DNA of 64,000 nucleotides from Orbicella franksi (Eukaryota): NCBI GenBank assembly GCA_964199315.1, contig OZ116698.1, positions 7,564,001 to 7,628,000 of the forward strand, read 5' to 3'. Shown piece by piece: positions 14,546 to 25,100 of this stretch (position 1 is its first letter; each line of letters starts with the position of its first letter). The notes under the pieces were generated by a model. It saw only the letters and a program-made list of their open reading frames with translations, ran no database searches and was not told where the DNA came from. The position numbers and the translations under genes were made by a program.

Positions 14546-16802
14546 TGTATGCGCATATTTTGGAGCATTCCACTGACTTAGTTACATTGTACACACTTTT
14601 AACTTCGCTTGCGGCTTTTTCTAGAACTATAAGGGAAGACCAAACATTGTAATATACCCTTGGATTTTACACATTCAAATATACAGCAATCCAGCACAAT
14701 ACTGGTCGAATACCATACCAAAATGGTTTTTTTTTCATCCCAGGTCTTCTTCCACTGGTTTTAATTGAGAAATCGCACTGCAGGGAGTCTTTCTTGTTTG
14801 ATCAATTTGCGCTGGAAGACACCCACTTTCGTATTCAAAATCACTTTCACTGAACTTCGTCAGTTTAAAAGTCTGCCAAAAGTGGCTACGAGGTCTCCTT
14901 AAAGGAACATGAAAAGACGAAACGAGCACAAAACACCGCGAACAGTGTGGCAAACAAAAAGAACACAAGCTTCGAAGAAAAAGAAAATGAGATCTCCGTC
15001 TTACCCTCAACAGCGAATTGCTAAATGAGTCCTTTGGATTAATACTGAGATCAGTGAACAATGCTGTCAATGTTGTTTCAGATAAATTCCTCATAATGCA
15101 AATCGAGCAACAACCGTACGTTGAAGTCAAGAAAACAACGGAACTCAATTGAGCGGGCAGCTATCTCTCGAACGCAAAACTATGTCCTCGCAACTTTGGA
15201 GTTGTTACTTGAGAAATTTCGTATTCCAGGTAAAATTAGCCTCAGTGCTATGGTTTACTCCCATCCAAAAGGCACAGCATTGATTAATCGCGATCGATAC
15301 TCCTAGCTAATGTTTTGTGCGTCAGTCTTCTTGTGCTTTTGTCTCAAATTGGACACATGCCAGGAGCCCATGCTCATCCTGCGAAGTTTACTTGCCTCTT
15401 CGCTTTACGACTGTTGTTTCGAGAGATGACAAATACGAACGAGTCAAGGGATCGTTGCCAACTTTGCCACCAGGGCCCGGTTTTTCAAAGGCCGATTAAG
15501 ATAACCCAGGATTAACATTAAGAATTTTGATTTCAGCTATGTAACTTTTCGTGAGGTTTTCTGTTTATAATGTTTGTCTTTCAGTTTTGAGCTTGACTAA
15601 GCTCAAACTACACAAAACGTGAGCAGTAAAAAACATTTTTATACAAGAAAAATTAATACTTCGCTTAACTTTTAATCCTGGGTTAGCGTTAACCGGCTTT
15701 CAAACAACCCGGCCCCGCAGAGTAATATACTTGATGAGGTGCACAGATGTCCCAAGCTCACTCCTCAAGAAAAAGAAGAATGAATTATCTGTCCATCCAT
15801 ATAAGAACGGTTTTCATTTGAGTGTCAAAATGTAATTGGTTTTGCGTCAACTACGCTACACGATTGGCTTATAACACTAGCGCCACTTTTTCTACCAATC
15901 ATAAGTAGAACCAAAACCAATCGTAACTCTATCGCATACGTTTTCCTGCGTTTTGCGTTAGCGTTGTCACGTTCACTTAATCTCAAGAGTCATATTTTAT
16001 AACGATTCAGAGAGCATTTCATTCCATCCCTTCTATGTTAGAATACTGGCCCTGTAGATGAAAGAAAACAAACACACAACGTCAGTGATTTCTCCATTTT
16101 TTTCATTATTATTTTTATTGCCGCAAAAACTGCAGTATTTTAACCCGACAAAGACAGCTCTTGTCCCAATGACTTATTTCATTCGGTACTGTTAACGTCG
16201 TTGACGGGTAGTTGCCGTTGTCACTGCAGATAAAAAACAAGAAATAATCAATCATTCTAAGTAATTAATGATATCATTCGAAAACATGCTCTTGCTTTCT
16301 TGTCTCCTTGTGCTCTTGTGCTTAAAACGAAGAGAAAGAAGCGAAGGGAGAGAGAAGTGGGTTAACGAAATGATGCTAGTACATTTCTGGTAGGACGAAA
16401 AATTCTGCCAGCGTTTTACTGCTTTCAACTTAAAACTCGTCATCAAACGTTTGTGAACCCAATATAACAGCCCTTAGTTTTGTATTAAATCGGAGTGAAG
16501 TAGCTTTATGGGCGTCTAAGCCTCTTTGACTCACGGTTGCGCTGTCAAGTAGAAGTGTTCGGCGCTTCAGTCAAGGACGGTTATTTAAACGTTTGCTGTC
16601 ATGTGCGGCGCTCATTCAAGTACGTGCTTATTTGAGTAACTACGATTCTTAAAAGTTAGTTTCATAATCAAATGTTTTTCTCGTTAAACGTCTTATCAGA
16701 TCTTCTGCTAACAGTTGGTTTAACATTACAGCCAGGCTTTCTGTGAAAAACAAAGGGTCTTTGAAAGAAAAATATATTAATATTAATAGATTTAAAACTT
16801 AC

Positions 16803-17278
16803 CTAAGTACCCTTGCGACAACAATTCTGATCCGGATAAGGGCAAGATCCAACACCGGGGTAGTCCCCACATGGAAAATTCATACAAAAGTCTTCCGGAT
16901 TTTGTCGTCCGCAGGGCGGCAGTTGACGACCTTCCAATACTGCGTCATCGAATTCACCTGTTGAAACACCAATAGGGGTAGAACTTCCTAAATATAAACT
17001 TATATGCTGCACATCTCTTCGAATACTTTTCTTTTAATTTGCTTCGCTGATGTAATTTTTAAATCTGTCCCTCTCCTTTCTCAATAGAACTCTTGTGTCT
17101 TCTTGTAAACAATTCTTAGTGAGAAAGGATGAGTAATTTGATCGGGAGACTCCTCAATTTTACAATCAGTTCTAGCATTTGTTAAAATACCTTCTTGGGG
17201 ATCCCATCGTCCAGGAGCTCCCTCCAGCATCACCGCAGACAACAGAAGAATGAACGAAATAGTCTTCACGAGCGACAT
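16803..17278 (-). CDS. Paralogue B: 80-aa precursor of the same family; exons 17191-17278 and 16803-16957; the exon-3 homologue at 16019-16051 is non-coding here
   Basis: Same splice sites as A; mature region QLPPCGRQNPEDFCMNFPCGDYPGVGSCPYPDQNCC then RKGT*; TAG is the last codon of exon 2, directly before GTAAGT. Confidence 0.85.
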
Positions 17279-19444
17279 CTAATCCTTTGGGCACCGTTGG
17301 AAAGAGGGAAGAAAACAAAATACTGTAAAAAACCTGCTGTCGCGGGAAAACATATGTGGAATTTAGACCAATAGGGTAAAACTGAAGACCTTGCCATCGA
17401 ATAACATCCTCTTCAGTCCTATCACAAAGATGTACGGGAAAAGAATTTGCTTGCTGCTGACTAACGCCGACACCAAAAGTGGTCTAATAGAAAAGAGGGT
17501 TAGAAACGATCGAAAAAAAAAAAAATCCTCTGGGCTATTATAGAAGTTAAAAGAGTCTTCTAATGAACGGTAAGGTTTTATGAGTTATTTTCGCCCAGGA
17601 CAGAATGATTACTTCCTGTGAGAGATCTTGACTTAATGTAATTTTAAGTTTCGTGTTGTAGGTCGATAGAAAGTTGATTTCGGCAGTAAGTCTACAACTT
17701 AAAAATAATCCTGAAATAGTTCCAAGGCACAAAAGCCCACGGTGAAAAACTTATTTTTGGCTATTGGAAACAGTGACATTATATTGTGTTTGAGGGAGTA
17801 TCTCACCTTGACAGTTGCTATCCAATATAATAATACTCTAATAACGAGCAATTCAGCACTTCCTCAATGAAAAACTCCTGACGGAATCATCAACAAAGCT
17901 ATAATAGTGTGCGAAGATAAACTTTTTGGTTGTAACAAATAAACCATTGTAATCAGTATCGTGCCACGCAACGATTGGCCACGTTTGGGTGAATAAATTA
18001 CACAAATAGTGCACGACAAGTCTCTTCGATACCGAAGCAATGTAACGGTTTCCCAGGTGTGCTGTTCCGTTCTGTTCTCCGTAAAGTCTCCCTGCATTAC
18101 CATAACAGGTCAGTTGAATCTTCCTTCAGATAGTGCGTCACTCATACCAATTTGTAAATATATTTCTCGCTGAAGCATTGTGTGTAAAGAAAAACCGTGA
18201 CAAAAACTCATTTTCGGAAAGAAACTCATTTTGTTTAAATTCTCATGCGGGAGGGCAAACTGAGTAGACAAGTCTGACAGAGGCGATTGTTTTAGATCTC
18301 TTGTTCTTTTCACTGAGAGCCTACCTTGGTGAAAATCATTGCAGTTGATGTACGGTCTCACCATAACATAGCGTATATTAAGTGACTGAAATGTTAGTTT
18401 CATGTTACTTGCAAGTTATTTGATTCGTAAATAGGTAAGTATAATATACAAGGGTACAAGTTAAAATAATTAAAATCGAGGTTATGCTGATTAATCGAAT
18501 TACTAATTGGAAAGGCCATGGATGTTGAATAAACGTGACAACTAACACAATAAGTCACATATATTTCGACTCCACTCAGAAGTAAGTGTGGTTAAATTTC
18601 ATAGCATAGAAATAACTTTATCACTTAGTAGGCCATGCGAATTCCACGTGTTGCACGCGTACGTTGTTTGGTTTGATTGACAATAATGAGAGATCACAGG
18701 AAACTCAATGCTCATTGGCGTCTCAGTAAAACGTGGAACGACATAACGGGTTACAGCGTAACGAGAGTTGTAACGTATGTTCAGTTCGCCTCGGTAGCAT
18801 TCCCTAGCCTAAATGGTGCTTTGATTAGCCCAAATAGCACTCTGGTTAACCTAAACAGCGCCTGGGTTAGCATGAATAGCTTTCCCGTTAGCCTAGAGAG
18901 CACAACTCGACAATGATTGCGAGGATGTACTGAAAGCTATTACCGTTTCGTCGTTAAGTGTTTTACCAACAAACCATGAAAAGAAGCATCCGATAAATAA
19001 CTTAAGGTAGGTGTTTAGTTACTGAAGTCTTAACAAGGAAACCAGCTTTACTTCTACCAATCCACAGTCATTATTGAACATTGGAAAGCTTTGTTGAAAA
19101 CCTGGAAATATATTCGCTACAGCTCAGTGCAGACCATGTTTAGATTCCAGATTGCAGAAATCATTAACAGTTACGTTAGATTCTGTTTTTAATAGTATTG
19201 ACAAAACTTAACGAGGCCGATGAGTTTTGGGTTCCTTTGAAGTAAATGTGCTGTTGGTGGCTGGGAAGAGAAACCTGGCCATGATTGAGTGGGTCATAAG
19301 TAAAGTTAGACAGAATGAACGTAAAGTTTGTTTTTCATTCTTTTATGCAACTGTACTTATTGTCACAATTTAAACATATGATAGCTTTTACAGAGCTTTT
19401 TCTTTTGAGGTGCTACAGGAAGTGAGTGGATGGGTCCAGGTTTA

Positions 19445-19560
19445 ATTTATCCATTCGTTCGTTCGTTCGTTCGTTCGTTCGTTCATTCGTTCATTCGTTC
19501 GAATTCGTTCGTTCGTTCATTCTTTCATTTATTCATTCATTCATGTATGCATGCTTGCAT
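19445..19560 (+). repeat. (TTCG)n/(TTCA)n microsatellite, expanded relative to orthologous sites near 3283 and 9615
   Basis: Direct inspection of the three units; marks the end of the array homology. Confidence 0.9.
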
Positions 19561-22013
19561 GCATTTCCACTAAGAAACAAGAACCAATGGTCATTTAGGG
19601 ACTGGATATTTGTTTTGATGAATACAACTACCATGATTCCCTGCAGGCGCATCTCACGAAGGGAATTGGCCATTATAGGTATAATACCGTCTTCGATAAT
19701 CTGACGGAGCCCGCGATGTTATCTCTGTAGTTGCTAAGCAACATATACGGCCTGTCCCTTATTGCGTCATGCTCTGGCGGCAGAATCCTGGATGAGCTTG
19801 TTACTTATTGGATAAGAAGAATAGGAAATCGTATGAAAGTACATAAGTATCGCAGCTTGTAATACATTTTCCTGTTTAATAAAAATCAAGTTTATTCACA
19901 TTAATTCTCTGTCATACAAGACTTTCATTCTCTGTCGAATAAGACCTTCGCAAAAATGTCCAACAAAGTAATGTTCTTTACTTAGCTACGGGCTTAATCA
20001 GATTCCTAACGTCGTTTTCTAAATAATTTCCCTTTTTCTGGATGCCAAGAATCATGGAATATCTCTTGATGACGTGGGTTAAAAATTGGTAAAACTGTAA
20101 AAACTTTGCTCTGCGCGAGTGGATTCTTGAATATAAGAATGGCTAATGTATACGAATGAGAACAACTCTCCACAAATAATTTGACTGGCGATTAGTTGGA
20201 AAAATGATAAATGAGAAACGATGTTAGCGGTTTATTTTTCAAGCTTTTTTAAGTCTTAATGTTCTCCCGTTTTAAATATATTAAAATATGTCTATATATT
20301 AAAAAATGTGCTTTGCATCGTATATTAAACGTTAAGTTCTCTTTTGATAAATTCCTCAATCAATCTCCTAGTTTACTTGCCATGCATTAGTAAAACTCAA
20401 CCAATTTTTTACACGCGCTGTATCTTGCGGTACGATTAAAACTCGTCATTTAGCAATGGTCACTTCTTCAAATCCGATGACCTTTCTTTTCAAATTTGGT
20501 CTGAAAATAATGTTACTCTTTTGTGACAAGATAGACATATCATTGCGGCTTAATCTTTTAAACAGATTTGAACCGATACTTTTCATCGTTTTATACATAC
20601 GTGATCCCTTGAGTTCAAACTTCCTCGTTCTCTAACTATCACAAAGATAATTCCCCAGTGAAAGGGAAACCACTTTCATCTAGATTAACAACCGTTGAGG
20701 TACGTCTTGGGTAACTTGATGTATCTTCAGTATTAACGTACCTATAACCCAAAAATTTTCTTAGGGGGATTAAATCTTTGTATTGTATGGAGCAGAATGC
20801 TGCAAAGAGTCTTGTTTTTGGTTAAAACGGCGATTTCTTTATGAATTTAGTCAGTTGGAATTAATTAGCACACGACCGAGGGTAACGGAGACGGGAGCTA
20901 ATGACGTCAAACAAGGATATTGGCGCCAGTTTTGAAGTGAAGAGAAGAGGAGTAGAAATTGAACAGTAGTAACGAATTTGCGCGGTATGTCAATGAAATA
21001 ACATTTTTCTTGGCGATCTTAAACATTTAAGATGTTTAGATGTATTGCATGTTGATTATCCAAACTTTATCAGATTCTTTATCAGACTCTGGAAGACTGT
21101 TTCCACGACCTTGTAAACACCAGTTGATATAGACTACTCATTCCACAGGGAATGCAAAGCTGAACCAAATAAACCGGAATCGCTTCGAAGACTTGCAGAA
21201 AGAATTCCAGAATACCCTGACTTGGAATAACTATTTGCATGACAATTCGCCAACGAAAGTCTCACGTATTAATTTTTGCGATGGCTATTCGTTCAGATCT
21301 GTAAGCTATACACAAATGCGAAGTGCTCCGAATCGAGTCGATCGTTCACGTAGTACATACGTGTAAACAGACTGAGAAGATTTGCAACTCACCAGCGGTC
21401 ACTAGAATCACTTAATGCATTTAAACAAAGATAATGGTTTGAATTCCGTACCAAATCCTGCAACCCGAACAAGCCAAAGCCCTTATAATTATGATTTCAG
21501 CCTTACTCATTCTTCGCTGCAGACTCGCCGATCGGTCAAACATGACCATGAAATCTTCCCAAATCTTGTTGGCTGAGGCGCTTAATGAACACTGCTTTGA
21601 ACGTGATCGACTTTCACAGTTTTATACGTAATTTCCTTGCTCAGAATAATGTTACAACAACTCGAGGCAAGCAAGTATATTTGTGCGCATGTTGTGCAAA
21701 TGATCTCCTTGTAGGACGTCACGAAATGCGCTAGACCCAGATATTTTTGACTTGTTCTTTGACTCGGTAATGGTTTTCATCATAGCGATTTTTCACGACT
21801 TTGAAAATTCATAAAAAAAACTCGCGGTTTCAACCGAAAGCAAAACTTTTTCGGTATTATGATCACGAATGTATCAATATTGTTTTCAACTAAAACAATT
21901 TTGGGGTTGTAGGCACTTTGATAGAAGCTGGTTTCTCCTGACAAGGACCGGGGACTCTTCAAATATCCACTCGCTGTGAAATATATGTAATATTCGTTTC
22001 TCCAAGACGGCAT

Positions 22014-22156
22014 TTATTCCACATAGCCAAGATGATGACAGTAATGTCTTCCAGCCATGTCCATACAGCATACTCCGCCAGTCCCACAATCACCCGAGTC
22101 TTTGCATGTCTGAAACCCAGTGTAGTATGGAGTTCTTAGGGGACAGACGGTGGAAA
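22014..22156 (-). CDS. Terminal exon, 6-Cys WAP-like domain
   Basis: [47 protein letters not shown]; tttttcctcag acceptor, phase 1. Confidence 0.8.
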
Positions 22157-25100
22157 CTGAGGAAAAATAAACAAACATTTTTATTGACAAAATCTAAGTT
22201 CAGGTTATCATCTCAACGATTGTCAACCGCTGATTAGAAAAGCTTTCTGCTAACCCAAAAACCCCTTTGCAAATCTCTCTTTGCAAAATTACTCAGCTAA
22301 ACTTAACTGCTGATCGAAAACAACATCGTGCTTCGATCGATTAACTGCCAATTGCGGTGGAAACCCGTTTCTGATTTGCGATCCCTGCATGGATGGGTGT
22401 CCTGAATGAGCGATACGTCTTTCTCAGGACCGGCCTTAGTCAAGCCTTCACACGTCGCAGGCCAAATGGAGGTTCAGTTTTCAAATAAGGTTACAGTGGC
22501 TGTACAGAACTAGTGGTATGATTAAACCCTGCTACATACGATTCCTTCCATCGTGGAACTTCTGCTCTAACTAAGGGAAAGTTGTAGAAAGTAAAATAAA
22601 ACTGTTGTGTTATCACGGGTGCGTTTCTAATTTTGAGGTTTCGTCAGTTTAGACTTTGCGCATGCCCCTTACCTCGCGGAATGCACATCTTTTTTCCGTA
22701 TGTACATTTGGTGTTGCAGCATGTCATGCCGTTCTCAAAGCAATCATCATCATTACTACACGGAAACGAGTAGAGTAGATTGAGGCAGCTGAGTGACTTT
22801 AAAGGTGGACATGAACCTGCAAATCAGACAGTTGAAAGAATACAAGAAGGAGATGTCTCTTTTGCGTAGGTTAGTTAATAAGAATTAGTTTAGCTCTTAA
22901 ATTAGACCTGCAAGCAATGTTTAATTCGGTGGTTGTCATAAAATAAGCGGCTAGGTGTAGATTGCTTTTTTATGCACTGGCTAAAATACTAATCCTTAGG
23001 CCACTCCAACAAATTTCTTTCAATGATTCACGAGTGCATACATACATACTTACATAAAACTTTATTTTATCTCAGATTTTGAGTAGCCAAAAATAGGCTA
23101 GTAACTCCGAGAAAATTAAACTCAAAATAACGTAACACTAAGTATATTAAATCATAAAATATTAACTTAGAAGAAATAAAGTACCAATTGAAAAATTCGT
23201 TGTGAACAAAAAAGGTGTCCGATCGATGAACTTTGCGTTAATAGTTCTTCTACAAAAATGGACACTCTTTTGAGAACTAAACATATTCTTAACACTAACT
23301 CAGGAGTCATTCCTGTTAGAACGTTAGCTAATTAGAAATTATGGTTTACCTTGGTTAAGGATAGGCTTAATAAGCCCAGCCAACCCCTTGCCTTGAATAT
23401 CTTGGATCGATGCGAGGTCATTAGATTCTGTAACGAAAGCAACCTTAGTATCAGTCGAAATCATCCGTTTAATTCCATCCTCAGAAATTATAATTCTAGA
23501 TCTCTTTTTCTGAGTAATTCTTAGACTATGTGACAGTGTATCGAAATAACACTTCAAATTGGTTATGCCTGATTGTATTACTTGTCTGTTGTCTGCTCAT
23601 TTACTTTTTAAAGTTTTCAGCGGTAGATAAACCGAATCTCTCACTTTAATCCTAGCTGGTTAAAGAAATCGGCTTTTAACACTACTCTAGTTTTTATTAG
23701 CAGAGTAAGGCGACTTGGAGAACCGCCACTTCCGTAGAGGGAAAGCTTGTCCGTCGCGCTCTGGTACGTATTAGATATTGGTTTCCTTGTAGTATTATCG
23801 GCCTTTATAATACTACCTTTAAAGATCAAGTACACGAGAAGTCATTTGCACCGCGAATCAAACTTTGGGGTGTGCCGCGAAACCAAGAGGTTTCATTTCA
23901 AGGCTTATATGCAAAAAGGCTCACCTGATGAATTGTGCAAAGTTTGCAAGTTATCAACTGTTGTTTTATTAAGGGCATTCCCTGAAAAAAGGAAAAGAAA
24001 CACGCGAATGTGGACTTATTGAGGGTGATGATATATCGCTTAGAAGACGACGAAAGTAATCTTTAAGTCCAGAAAACTCCAAGAAATCCAATTTAGATTT
24101 AAAAAGCGGGTAAGTCATGTCCCCCACTACCCATTAGAATGAGGCTCATCCCTACGAAAACAACAGATATTTAAAGATGAATTGACGGAGTTGTATGTAT
24201 TGGAAGGAACTGTGTTTCAACGGGACCTGAGCTTTGATTCGCGATCTCTGGTTTTTGATTTTCTCACCATCTCGGATCCCAGTGTGTGGCCTGATAGTAC
24301 GTGGTAGAGTAGTGAAGCTCTGATGTTTCTCGGGCCTCTTCAATCGCAGTTAATAAAATGAAAAGTAACCTTGAGGATTCAGTTCCTTCACTGAAAAATT
24401 CTGTTCGCCTTTTAAATTTGATTTCATCCATAAGCTTCACGTGACGAATGAAAATACAGTTTCCAGAGAGCTGTGATTCACTGCATGATTCTAATGATGT
24501 TACCCTTCTGAAATTAAATGGTTTTAAGTTTACTAATATTCAAACCGATTCAGTGAACCGATTTTAAAACAATCATGAACTCTCAACAGTTTCGTTCATG
24601 AATTTTTCCTTTTGCCTTCCATGTTTCTGCTAACCAAATAGTCGAAACCAGAACATGAGGTCGTAATGATTATTACACTAAGTAGTCAGAATTATGTTAT
24701 TCTGCAAATCCCCTATTTTGGTTATTTTTCTCATAGTGGCGTTGCATTATCACATCTCACTGATAAGACGATGTTAAAATAGTTCAGTCACGGTATTTTG
24801 AGTTATTTTGGCCCGGTACAATATTACCTTGAAATTGAAGGTAATATATCAGGTTATGTCCATATTTTTAATAAACCATAAACGAGCAATCACGGTTAAG
24901 GATGGAGAAGATTAACAAGGATTACAAACGATCAGCTTTAAAAATTAGGCCAAACTTTTCAAGATACGAAAACCGTGACGTCGATTCTTTAAATTCAATA
25001 TGAGTGTGCACATAATGATGTATGTACTCCCATGTATCAGTGTACTTAAACGTAGGTGTACCAATTACGACCTCTTGCGAAAGGAAAGTGACTTCATGAA

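Larger units (their letters stand above)
1..19440. repeat. Tandem segmental duplication array; period about 6.33 kb for units 1 and 2; third unit about 14680-19440; unique block about 10110-14670 between units 2 and 3
   Basis: Position 28 aligns with 6361 (offset 6333); identical ORF series recur in the ORF track; 9655-10080 recurs at 14680-15110. Confidence 0.95.

Noticed and set aside
21050-21720. Coding-like composition downstream of the ADAMTS stop
   Set aside because: All frames are interrupted and no family motif was recognised
24269-24338. Candidate extra linker exon with a GTGAGA donor
   Set aside because: Could not be phase-matched to neighbouring exons without a stop
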